A stretch of DNA of 30,797 bases from Candidatus Limnocylindrales bacterium. Its GTDB lineage: Bacteria; Chloroflexota; Limnocylindria; Limnocylindrales; CSP1-4. The notes under the pieces are model-generated. The model did no database searches, had not been told where the DNA came from, and saw only the letters and a program-made list of their open reading frames with translations. The DNA lies in NCBI GenBank assembly GCA_035255225.1, contig DATEZX010000191.1:1-30797 (forward strand), given 5' to 3'. Within the stretch, counting starts at the first letter, position 1, and each line of letters opens with the position of its first letter. The position numbers were made by a program, and so were the translations under genes. Shown piece by piece: positions 16,616 through 24,783 of the stretch.

Positions 16616-18379
16616 CTACGGAATCGGGCTCAGGTTGAAGAGCGTGTTCCGCATGACCGGGTCGGCCCCCGTCTCGCTGTTGAAGACCGCGATGAAGACG
16701 CCGCCCGAGACCTTCTTGGTCGTGCCGTTGGCGCCGTAGAGCGTGACGCTGATGAGGCGGCCCGAGACGCCACGGTTCCGGAGGTCGAGCCCGATCAGCG
16801 TCCCGACGTTCGTCCGGCTGTCGCCGGCGAAGACCGCCTGGATCTGGGCGAGCGTGTAGCTCGCGGTGTGCCAGGCTGCGTAGGGCGACGCCTTGTCGTA
16901 CGAGCTGCCGTCCGGCGCCCGGTCCGAGACGCCCCGCAGGTAGCTGACCTTGCCGGACGTGACGGCGCCGGTCGGCGAGACGAAGACGTTCTCGCTGTTC
17001 TCGGTCCAGCCGCCATCGGACGAGTGGTACAGCGTGTCGGCGAGGTAGCCCGTGCTCGTCCGGACGACCTTGCCGGCCGTCGCGCCGATGGCGCTGTTGG
17101 TGCTGCTCTTCTCGGCGAGATAGCCGCGGTAGACCTGCGACCGCGTGTCGTCGTAGACGTCCCACGTGCCGGACGTCGGGTGGAGTCGGTAGGCGGCGTA
17201 CGTGCGCGCGGCGATCGCCTGGCTCTTGAGCGCCTCGCCTGGCCACGATGCCGGCATCTCCGCCGGGACGGCACCGCGGAGGTAGGTCTCCAAGGGCACC
17301 GTATTGACGACGTTCAGGGTCGCGCTCGACGTCGCGATGACCCGCAGCGTGCCGCGGTAGTGGTCGTAGTACGACGGCTTCGAGTAGAGCTGCAGGACGG
17401 CGCCCGAGCCCGGCCGCACGTAGAACGAGGACGAGGGTGCGCCGGCGTTGTAGAGCGTCGTGCCGTTGGCCGCGGTCACCGCGATCCGCCAGCCGGTGGT
17501 CGTCGTCAGGTCGCGCGTCACCTTGAGCTGCGCATCGACCGGGAAGGTCGCACTGACGCCATCGATCGTCCAGCTTCCGAGCCGGCCGTAGATCCGAAGG
17601 GGGTTGCTCGTCGTGCCGGAGAAGCCCGACAGGACGAGGACCCGGACGTTGGCGTTGGCGACCGTCCCGAGGGTCGTGCCGGTGTAGTAGTGGGCGAGGA
17701 TCGTCGCGGCGGACTGCCCGGCGCTGGCTCGCCCATAGGCCCCGTACTGCGACAGCCCGACGCCATGGCCCCAGCCACGTCCGAAGAACTGGATCGTGTC
17801 ACCCAGCGGCGTCACGCCGTCGGGCAGCGGTGACGTCGACGGCGAGGGGGACGGCGTGACCGACGGCGCGGCCGACGGGCTCGAGCTCGGATCCGCCGAC
17901 GGCGCGCTCGACGGCGGGGCGGACGGCGCGGTTGGAGCAATCGGGGGGGCCGCGGTCGGCGAAGCGCTGGCCGCCGGGGCGACGGTCGGGCTGGGTGTCG
18001 GGGTCGGTGCCAGGACGGCCTTGTAGACCTTCGACGCGCCGTAGACGTACGTCACGCCGTAGAGCGACATGACCGACCGGCCGTTGACGGCACTGATGCG
18101 GTACCAGCTCGAGCCGTAGACCATCGTCACGCAGGTCGTGCCGTAGCTCCCGCCGCTGACCGTGGCGACGACGGTGACCGTCGTGCCGAGCCGGATCGAG
18201 GCCTTCTTGGCGTACGTCGTGCTGGGCCCCGTCCGGAGGCTCGCGTAGTCGCACCTCGGCGTCATCGTGGTCGCCCCGGCGGCGACGTCCGTCGTCAGGC
18301 CCGAGAGCAGGAGCGCGGCGAGGATCGCCCCGACGAGGGCGGTCGCGGGCAGGCGAGGGCGCAGGGCGTCGGATCGCAC
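16616..18379 (-). CDS. SpoIID/LytB-domain secreted protein with an N-terminal SH3-like domain and Pro/Ser linker, 587 aa
   Basis: Signal peptide; ASLRTGPSTTY (SH3b-like); GRGWGHGVGLSQYGA, YLRGAVPAEMPASW, ALKSQAIAARTYA and DDTRSQVYRG motifs. Confidence 0.9.
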   Translation of the reverse strand: MRSDALRPRLPATALVGAILAALLLSGLTTDVAAGATTMTPRCDYASLRTGPSTTYAKKASIRLGTTVTVVATVSGGSYGTTCVTMVYGSSWYRISAVNGRSVMSLYGVTYVYGASKVYKAVLAPTPTPSPTVAPAASASPTAAPPIAPTAPSAPPSSAPSADPSSSPSAAPSVTPSPSPSTSPLPDGVTPLGDTIQFFGRGWGHGVGLSQYGAYGRASAGQSAATILAHYYTGTTLGTVANANVRVLVLSGFSGTTSNPLRIYGRLGSWTIDGVSATFPVDAQLKVTRDLTTTTGWRIAVTAANGTTLYNAGAPSSSFYVRPGSGAVLQLYSKPSYYDHYRGTLRVIATSSATLNVVNTVPLETYLRGAVPAEMPASWPGEALKSQAIAARTYAAYRLHPTSGTWDVYDDTRSQVYRGYLAEKSSTNSAIGATAGKVVRTSTGYLADTLYHSSDGGWTENSENVFVSPTGAVTSGKVSYLRGVSDRAPDGSSYDKASPYAAWHTASYTLAQIQAVFAGDSRTNVGTLIGLDLRNRGVSGRLISVTLYGANGTTKKVSGGVFIAVFNSETGADPVMRNTLFNLSPIP

Positions 18380-18543
18380 GGGCCAAGGGTCGTCGTCCCG
18401 GACCCCACCGAACCATGACCCAATGGTGCCAGCGCGCCACGGCCCGGAGGGACTACGGGCGCGAGTGCGCTTCGGGGCTCAGACCGGTCGAGGCTCAGTG
18501 AGGGTGAGCCGTCCGAGGCGCCGCGTCCGGGGTCGGGTCCGGC

Positions 18544-18993
18544 TCAGTTCTGGCGCTGCGGGCCCGGCTCATTCGGGCGTGCCGCGGGCTCCGGCCCGGT
18601 GTGGATCGCCTGGAAGCGGGACCGCGCCAGCTCGACCCCGCCGACCGACGCGACCGCCGAGTACTGACCGGGCGCGGGCACGTTCAGCGGCCCGTTGACG
18701 GCGAGGACGATCCGGAGCTCGGCGCCGGCAATCGAGCCCGGCGGTCGGCCGGCCTCGAAGTCCGCGCCGATGTGCGGGTCCATCTCGTGACCGTCGGCGT
18801 CCTCGAAGTGGATGTCGAGGTGGTGACGGCGGTTCGTCTCTGTCCAGTCGACGTCGATCGCGACGGCGATCCCGACCATGACCGATGCCGGGAAGTCGGC
18901 GAACCGGAGCATGTTCCAGGCGCCACCCAGGATGTAGAGCTTGCCGTCGACCGCCTGGGCGTTGTCGGACAGCAGGAGAGCGTGGATCTGCAC
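18544..18993 (-). CDS. Conserved hypothetical beta-rich protein (DUF6941-like), 149 aa
   Basis: LLSDNAQAVDGKLYILGGAW N-terminus and PGQYS motif; TAGGCT 6 nt before GTG. Confidence 0.75.
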   Translation of the reverse strand: MQIHALLLSDNAQAVDGKLYILGGAWNMLRFADFPASVMVGIAVAIDVDWTETNRRHHLDIHFEDADGHEMDPHIGADFEAGRPPGSIAGAELRIVLAVNGPLNVPAPGQYSAVASVGGVELARSRFQAIHTGPEPAARPNEPGPQRQN

Positions 18994-19119
18994 GCCCGAA
19001 GCCTACGCGCGTCCGGGGGCGCGTGAGGTCGCGGATTGCGGTCCGAGGCCTGCCCGCCGAAATGCCCGGCCCCTGGGCGACGAGTCACGCCTTCGCGCAA
19101 AGCCGCTATCGTCCGGGCC

Positions 19120-19902
19120 GTGACCCGGCGACTCGGTTCGGTCGTCATCCTCGCGAGCGTCCTCGTCATCGCCGGTTGCGGCACGACCAGCAGCGGGTCG
19201 CCCGGCACGGGCAGCAGCACCTCGTCGTCGACGTCCACGGGCGGCCAGACCTCGACCAGCCAATCGACCGGGTCGTCCACCGCGACCGGGCCGGCCTCGA
19301 GCTCGATCCCGGGCTTCGACGGCTGGCGCACGATCAACCCCACCGCGCTCGACATCGGCCCGACGCAGACCGGCTTCGGGATGACCCTCAAGAAACGGGC
19401 TGCGTGGTCGGGCACCAGGCTGGGAGTCCTGTTCTACACGACGATGGATGGCGACTTCCGGCTGACGGCGACGGTCCGTGCCAGCCGCACCTCGGACTCG
19501 TCGAAGGATCCCGGCGGCGACGGCTCGATCCAGATGGCCGGGCTCATGGTCCGCCGCGAGAGCTCGACCGAGAGCTGGGTCCTCCTCGAGGTCGGCGGCG
19601 ACGCGACGGGTCTCGCCGTCGCGACCGGCTCGACCGTCGATGGTGTGGGCCGCCTGGTCGCGAGCCGATGGACGGACAACGAGGCCGACCTGAAGATCTG
19701 CCGGACCGGCACGACGTTCACGTACTGGAAGCGCACGGCCGATTCCGACAACGACTGGACGGCGGCCGGGCATGTGGAGCGGAAGGACCTCGGCGGCAAC
19801 GTGCAGGTCGGGGCGAGCCTGTCGGCCGACGCGACCCCCGACCTGACCGCGTTCTTCGACAACCTGACGCTCGAGCCGATGGACCCCGGCGAGGCCTGCT
19901 GA
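19120..19902 (+). CDS. Putative lipoprotein: Ser/Thr-rich linker plus a ConA-like (DUF1349-like) beta-sandwich, 260 aa
   Basis: Signal with lipobox IAGC; S/T-rich linker; GDFRLTATV...MAGLMVR...LKICRTG fold pattern; TATCGT 7 nt before GTG 19120. Confidence 0.7.
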   Translation: MTRRLGSVVILASVLVIAGCGTTSSGSPGTGSSTSSSTSTGGQTSTSQSTGSSTATGPASSSIPGFDGWRTINPTALDIGPTQTGFGMTLKKRAAWSGTRLGVLFYTTMDGDFRLTATVRASRTSDSSKDPGGDGSIQMAGLMVRRESSTESWVLLEVGGDATGLAVATGSTVDGVGRLVASRWTDNEADLKICRTGTTFTYWKRTADSDNDWTAAGHVERKDLGGNVQVGASLSADATPDLTAFFDNLTLEPMDPGEAC

Positions 19903-19938
19903 CCCAGCGATCGCGGCGGGGCGCCCCCGGGGCGCGGA

Positions 19939-20295
19939 CTAGCCCGTCTGGAAGAGGCCGATGACCGCGACGCCGAGCAGGACGTAGCCCGCGAGCCAGA
20001 CCCACGCCTGGCGCCGCGGGGCGACCATGCTCAGGTACCGGGTGACGGGGATCGCGATGACCGACAGCCCGGCGAACAACGGGTGGGCGGGTTCGGGCGT
20101 GCCACCCGAGCCCTGCCTGAACGCCCCGGTGATGGCCTCGACGACGGTGAGGGCGACCACCGCGTAGCCGAACCAGGCCAGGAACCTGCCGTTGAGGGCC
20201 TTCGACGGCCGGAGCGCGACCCAGGCGCACCAGGCGATGCCGACGACCGCCCCGCCGATGGCCACGAACCCGAGGACCTGGTGCAGCAGCTGCAT
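19939..20295 (-). CDS. Hypothetical 4-TM membrane protein, 118 aa
   Basis: Four hydrophobic segments; GGAGGGAG SD before ATG 20295. The 892-aa ORF-track extension is antisense to two real genes. Confidence 0.7.
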   Translation of the reverse strand: MQLLHQVLGFVAIGGAVVGIAWCAWVALRPSKALNGRFLAWFGYAVVALTVVEAITGAFRQGSGGTPEPAHPLFAGLSVIAIPVTRYLSMVAPRRQAWVWLAGYVLLGVAVIGLFQTG

Positions 20296-20526
20296 CCGCT
20301 CGCTCCCTCCAGTCGCCTCGTACGCCCGACGCAGCCAGCCCGCGACCTCGGCGTGGCCCTCGTCCAGGACGACCTCGTCCGGATGGTAGCGAGGCCGCCC
20401 GAGGGGGACTGTCGGTGGGCGCAGAGGCGACCAACGGGCTAGGCGGTGCCGACGTGCACCCACCCTAGAGTGGCTCGCGGCCCACGAGAGGCCGCGGGTC
20501 GCGCATGGGAGGGCAGCACCGAGGCG

Positions 20527-21864
20527 ATGGACACCCTGATCTTCCGGGTCTCCACCGATCGAATGAGCCTGGTCGGCGGCAGCGGCCGGGGCGCCGGCTG
20601 GATGGGTATCGTCGACCTGCCGCTCGAGGGCGAGCCGCTCTCCGCGCGGGTCATCCAGTCCAGCCGGCCGACCCGGCTCGACAGCGGTACGGAGCCGGTC
20701 CGCGTCGTCGGGCCGTACTGGGCGAGCCACGCGTTCGCCGTCCCGGTGGGCGTGGACCACCTGGTCGTGTTCGGCGGCCACGAGCCGCTCCTCGAGTCCG
20801 AGGCCACGCTCGTGCCGGCCGCCGCCCGGCTCGTCGCCGAGCTCCAGCAGGTCCCCCCCGAGAAGCTGCTCGCCGCCGAGCTCGAGGTCGTCCAAGCCGT
20901 CCGAGGCCTGATGGAGTGCCAGACGGGGAGCGTCGAGGAGACCGCGCGGCACATCGCCGAACGCTCGGCCGATCCACTGTCGTGCGAGGTGGGAGCGGTC
21001 CTCGTGCGCTCCAACGGCCGCCTCGTCGCCGAGATCGTGACCCGCGACTGGCCGGCCCGGATCGACGCACAGGCGATCCGCGGCACGCTCGTGCGGCTGT
21101 TCGGCCGCGTCGAACGTGGAGCGCTCCTCGAGCCCGAGCTGGAGAGCGAGGCCGACGACGCCCTCGGGCGCGACGCCGGGCTCGTCGCTCGCTTCGCGGT
21201 CCCGATCGGCCACCCGACGCCGTTCGGCGTCCTGGTCGTCGCCCATGCGGCGACGCGGCCGCGGGGCTTCACGAACCTCTGCCAGCGCATCGGCCACGCC
21301 CTCGCCGACGCGGCGTCGCCGCTGCTCCAACAGGCCATCTCCCGCGAGGCCCTGACGACCGAGCGCGACCGGTTCGCGCGGGAGGCGCGGACCGACCGCC
21401 TGACGGGCCTCGACAACAGGACCGCCTGGGACGAGATCCTCGCCTACGAGGAGGCGCGGCGGAGCCGCTACGGGGAGGACGTCTCGATCGCCAGCGTCGA
21501 CCTCGACGGGCTCAAGGCGATCAACGATCGCGGCGGTCATGCCGCGGGAGACCGCGCCATCCGCGCGGCGGCGGACCTCCTCCGCCACACGGCACGAGCC
21601 GTCGACCGAGTCGCTCGCGTGGGCGGTGACGAGTTCGTGGTCCTCCTGCCAGTCACCGACGAGAAGGGAGCGGCGAGGTTCGCCGAACGCCTTCGGGCCG
21701 GCGCCGCGAAGCGCCTGCCTCGGGCCGGGGGCCTGCGCCTGTCCGTCGGGGTGGCGACGAGCCGGCCGGGCGAGCGCCTGACCGAGACGCAGCATCGCGC
21801 CGACGCGGCGATGTATGAGGCGAAGGCCGGGCGACCGCGGGCGATGCGAGGCGGGACCGCCTAG
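20527..21864 (+). CDS. Sensor (GAF-like)-GGDEF diguanylate cyclase; start uncertain (20446-20563)
   Basis: TDRLTGLDNR, DLDGLKAINDRGGHAAGD, intact GGDEF, and an RxxD I-site (RAVD) five residues upstream. Confidence 0.92.
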   Translation: MDTLIFRVSTDRMSLVGGSGRGAGWMGIVDLPLEGEPLSARVIQSSRPTRLDSGTEPVRVVGPYWASHAFAVPVGVDHLVVFGGHEPLLESEATLVPAAARLVAELQQVPPEKLLAAELEVVQAVRGLMECQTGSVEETARHIAERSADPLSCEVGAVLVRSNGRLVAEIVTRDWPARIDAQAIRGTLVRLFGRVERGALLEPELESEADDALGRDAGLVARFAVPIGHPTPFGVLVVAHAATRPRGFTNLCQRIGHALADAASPLLQQAISREALTTERDRFAREARTDRLTGLDNRTAWDEILAYEEARRSRYGEDVSIASVDLDGLKAINDRGGHAAGDRAIRAAADLLRHTARAVDRVARVGGDEFVVLLPVTDEKGAARFAERLRAGAAKRLPRAGGLRLSVGVATSRPGERLTETQHRADAAMYEAKAGRPRAMRGGTA

Positions 21865-21915
21865 AGGCGCTCGAGCGTCACCCCCGGAGCGGCTCATACC
21901 GGTTACGCTTCCGGG

Positions 21916-23187
21916 GTGAGCGCTGCGTCCCGCGTCCCCCTCGGCGTCTCCCGCGACGTCGCCCGGCGTTTCCTCCTCGGCCGCCAGGGCCTGTGGCCGG
22001 GCCGGCGCTGGCAGGGCCTCGGCGGCACCGAGAAGGCGATGCGGGCGATGGGCGACCTGCAGCTCGATCCGCTCCGGGTCGTCGCGCGGGCACACGACCT
22101 CGCACTCGCGAGCCGCGTCCTCGGCTACCACGAGGACGACTGGGCCCGCCTGACCTACGACCACCGGAAGTTCTTCGAATACGGTGGCTGGCTCGCGGTC
22201 CGGCCGATCGAGGAGCTCCCGTACTACCGGGTCCTCATGCACCGCTCCCGCGGTCGCCGCTGGGTCAACTGGGTGGTCGACGATCATCCCGAGGCCGTCG
22301 CGGAGATGCGGGCGCTGCTGGCGAAGGGCCATGAGCTGAGCAACCGCTCCTTCGCCCAGGGCGATCGGCGGCGGGTGGACTCCTACCGCGGCCGGAAGGA
22401 CAGCGCCGTCGCCCTCTACTACCTCTGGCGGACCGGCGAGGCCATGGTCGTTCGCCGGACACCGACCTTCGAGCGCGTCTACGCCCGGACGAGCACCGTG
22501 GCGCCGCGGCGCCACCTGCGGGAGGTGAGCGAGGGCGAGGCCGACGACTTCCTGCTCCACAAGGAGATCCAGACGTCGGGCTTCTCGAAGCTCAACGGGA
22601 TGAACAACCTCCTCCATCGCGAGGAGCTGACCCGCAAGGACGTCGACGCCTGGAAGGCCCGCCAGCTGGATGCCGGAACGGTCGTCGAGGTCGAGGTCGA
22701 CGGCCTGACGGGCCGCTACCTGATGATGGCCGGCGACGTCCCGACCCTCGAGACGCTGGCCGCCGGTCGCCTGCCTCGTGGCTGGCGGCCGATCGGGCCG
22801 ACGACGAGCGAGGAGGTCACCTTCCTGTCACCGCTCGATCCCGCGATCCATCACCGCGAGCAGACCCGCCGACTGTGGGACTTCGACTACAAGTGGGGCG
22901 TCTACGACAAGGTCGAGAAGCGCAAGTTCGGCTACTACGACCTCCCGATCCTGTGGGGCGACCGCCTCGTTGGCCGGACCGACCTGCGGCTGGACCGTCG
23001 GACCGGCGAGCTCGCGACGCTCGGCCTGTGGCATGACGACGAGGCGGTGGCTTCCGACCCGGCCTACCGCGACGCCCTCGGCCGAGGGATGGAGCGCCTC
23101 CGCGGGGTCGCCCGGCAGGCCTCGGCGGGCGACCCTGGCTCGCCTGACGGCGACGACGGCGCGTCGGCGCCTCGCCCGGTGCGCTGA
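21916..23187 (+). CDS. YcaQ/AlkZ-like (HTH_42) crosslink-repair DNA glycosylase family protein, 423 aa
   Basis: LQLDP (QxD), LSPLDP and KRKFGYYDLPILWGDRLVGR motifs; TACGCT 6 nt before GTG. Confidence 0.88.
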   Translation: MSAASRVPLGVSRDVARRFLLGRQGLWPGRRWQGLGGTEKAMRAMGDLQLDPLRVVARAHDLALASRVLGYHEDDWARLTYDHRKFFEYGGWLAVRPIEELPYYRVLMHRSRGRRWVNWVVDDHPEAVAEMRALLAKGHELSNRSFAQGDRRRVDSYRGRKDSAVALYYLWRTGEAMVVRRTPTFERVYARTSTVAPRRHLREVSEGEADDFLLHKEIQTSGFSKLNGMNNLLHREELTRKDVDAWKARQLDAGTVVEVEVDGLTGRYLMMAGDVPTLETLAAGRLPRGWRPIGPTTSEEVTFLSPLDPAIHHREQTRRLWDFDYKWGVYDKVEKRKFGYYDLPILWGDRLVGRTDLRLDRRTGELATLGLWHDDEAVASDPAYRDALGRGMERLRGVARQASAGDPGSPDGDDGASAPRPVR

Positions 23188-23217
23188 CCCGACGACACCC
23201 GGCCCGCCCACGTCGGT

Positions 23218-23290
23218 TGGCGGTGCCCTCGCAGGGTGGCCGCGCCCTCGCGGAGTGGCGGTGCCCTGGCAGGGTGGCGTAGCCATCGCA
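23218..23290. repeat. Four degenerate ~19-bp intergenic tandem repeats (TGGCGGTGCCCTCGCAGGG-like)
   Basis: Units start at 23218, 23237, 23256 and 23275; units 1 and 3 differ at one position; unit 4 is truncated. Confidence 0.7.
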
Positions 23291-23348
23291 TGGCGGCGGT
23301 GCCTGCGCCACCCGCGGCCGTCTACGATGCGCCCTCGAGGGGTGACGG

Positions 23349-24149
23349 ATGTCGGGCTCCGAGGTGTGGGTCTGTCGGTACTGCCGGTCGGTCAACACCG
23401 GTCGCGCCGAGCGCTGCTACCGCTGCCACACGCCCCGCGAGGTCGCCCTTGCGGCGCCCGAGGAGCTCAGCGTCCACCACGAGGAATCCATCCCCGAAGC
23501 CGCGGGCGTCTACCGGAGCTCTGAGCTGCGGGCGGTCGGGCTGACGATCGCGACGTTCGTCCTCGTCCTCGGCACCATCCTCGGTCTGTGGATCGCGGTC
23601 CAGGTCGACCAGCTGCGGCTCGCGGGAGAGGCCGACGCCGCCGACCAGCTCGTGGCCGCGTGGCTGCCGGTCCTCGCCGCGGTGCCGCTCCTCTCGGTGC
23701 TGACCCTGCTCAGCTACGCGCTCTGGATCAGCCGGCTCGTGGCGAACCTCCCGGCGCTGGGTCTCGGCTACTCGCGGGTCAGCCCGAGGTGGGCGTTCTA
23801 CGAGCCCTTCATCCCGGGTCGCAACCTCTACTCGCTCCCCGCGCGGACCGCCGAGGTCATTCGGAAGCTCGACGAGCGAGCCCGCGACAACCTCCTCATC
23901 GGCGTGGCCTGGGCGCTGGTGGTGGCCCCGATCCCGCTGTTCGCGATCCTCGTCCGATTCGCCTACTACCTCGGCAGCACCGCGGACTTCCTCGAGATCG
24001 CGGGCTTCGGGGCCCCGGTCGTCTTCGCCTTCCAGTCCGTGGGCCTCGTGGTGGCCCTGATCGTGGTCTGGCACGTCGAGGCGCTCCAGCGCGCCAGGGC
24101 GGCCACGCAGGGCGTGGGGGTCGCGAGCCCCGCGCCATCGCAGGGGTAG
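23349..24149 (+). CDS. Membrane protein with an N-terminal RanBP2-type Zn finger and DUF4328-like domain, 266 aa
   Basis: W-x-C-x2-C-x3-N-x6-C-x2-C; 4 TM segments; RVSPRWAFYEPFIPGRNLYSLP motif; GAGG SD. Confidence 0.75.
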   Translation: MSGSEVWVCRYCRSVNTGRAERCYRCHTPREVALAAPEELSVHHEESIPEAAGVYRSSELRAVGLTIATFVLVLGTILGLWIAVQVDQLRLAGEADAADQLVAAWLPVLAAVPLLSVLTLLSYALWISRLVANLPALGLGYSRVSPRWAFYEPFIPGRNLYSLPARTAEVIRKLDERARDNLLIGVAWALVVAPIPLFAILVRFAYYLGSTADFLEIAGFGAPVVFAFQSVGLVVALIVVWHVEALQRARAATQGVGVASPAPSQG

Positions 24150-24153
24150 GAGC

Positions 24154-24171
24154 GTCACCTCGAAAGGTGAC
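24154..24171. other. 7-bp perfect hairpin GTCACCT-CGAA-AGGTGAC after the upstream stop
   Basis: 4 bp downstream of stop 24149; lacks a U-tract; overlaps the first XRE operator. Confidence 0.45.
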
Positions 24172-24213
24172 AAAGGTCCTTTACACGTCGCCTGATGTCA
24201 AGCTACCTTGACA
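24168..24213 (+). promoter_or_regulatory. Promoter TTTACA-N18-TACCTT overlapped by two 18-bp operators (perfect TGTCAAG-CTAC-CTTGACA at 24196-24213; imperfect TGACAAA-GGTC-CTTTACA at 24168-24185)
   Basis: The palindromes cover the -35 and -10 boxes directly upstream of the XRE gene. Confidence 0.75.
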
Positions 24214-24215
24214 CC

Positions 24216-24416
24216 GTGCAGAACGATGTCCGGCGGCTTCGCGAGGCCCTCGGCCTGAGCCAGGGCGAGCTGGCCGCGAGGCTGTCGGTGTCGCGCCAGA
24301 CCGTCAACGCCATCGAGACCGGCCGCTACCTGCCGTCGCTGCCGCTGGCCTTCGCCATCGCCCGGTTCTTCGGGAAGCCCATCGAGGAGATCTTCCATGC
24401 AGTCGATCGCACGTAG
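24216..24416 (+). CDS. XRE/Cro-C1 HTH transcriptional regulator, 66 aa (leaderless GTG; ATG 24195 lies inside the promoter)
   Basis: LSQGELAARLSVSRQTVNAIETGRYLPSLPLAFAIARFFG motif. Confidence 0.9.
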   Translation: MQNDVRRLREALGLSQGELAARLSVSRQTVNAIETGRYLPSLPLAFAIARFFGKPIEEIFHAVDRT

Positions 24417-24783
24417 CCCGGTCCTGGCAGTCGGGCTCATCGTCGGGTTGGTCATGGGCGCGTCGGAGGTCGCTGCCGGCGGCTCGCCGATCCAGATCCT
24501 CCTCGGCGGTGGGATCCCGATCGCGTACGCGATCGTCGTGACGCTCGTCGCCCCGCGCAGCGAGACCGTCAGCGTGCTCGCCGGCCGGCCCGTCGACGAG
24601 CGCTGGATGCAGTTCAACCTGACCGCCTCGACGTGGGCGTTCGGCGTCTCGGCGATCGTCGTGCTGGCGGCGTTCGTGGTCGCCCAGGCCAGCGGCGGCG
24701 ACTACCTGCCGTATGCGTTCGTCGCCATGGTCATGGCCGTGGCGTACTTCGGCTCGCTGGTCCTGATCAGGCTCCGCGACTGA
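24397..24783 (+). CDS. Small 4-TM membrane protein (DUF2178-like, DER motif), 128 aa
   Basis: Hydrophobic with PVDERW; overlaps the XRE gene by 20 bp. Confidence 0.75.
   Translation: MQSIARSPVLAVGLIVGLVMGASEVAAGGSPIQILLGGGIPIAYAIVVTLVAPRSETVSVLAGRPVDERWMQFNLTASTWAFGVSAIVVLAAFVVAQASGGDYLPYAFVAMVMAVAYFGSLVLIRLRD

Noticed and set aside
16616-18379. Evidence for sporulation
   Set aside because: SpoIID/LytB domains are widespread in non-sporulating bacteria, and no other sporulation gene is present.
18380-18543. Possible c-di-AMP or c-di-GMP riboswitch upstream of the SpoIID/LytB gene
   Set aside because: None of the consensus elements I recall could be found by eye; an Rfam/Infernal scan would be decisive.
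19939-22617. 892-aa minus-strand ORF
   Set aside because: Antisense shadow of the GGDEF and YcaQ-like genes in high-GC DNA; only the last 118 codons (own SD, hydrophobic) look real.
23218-23290. Possible CRISPR array
   Set aside because: Units are contiguous, about 19 bp, degenerate, with no spacers and no cas genes.
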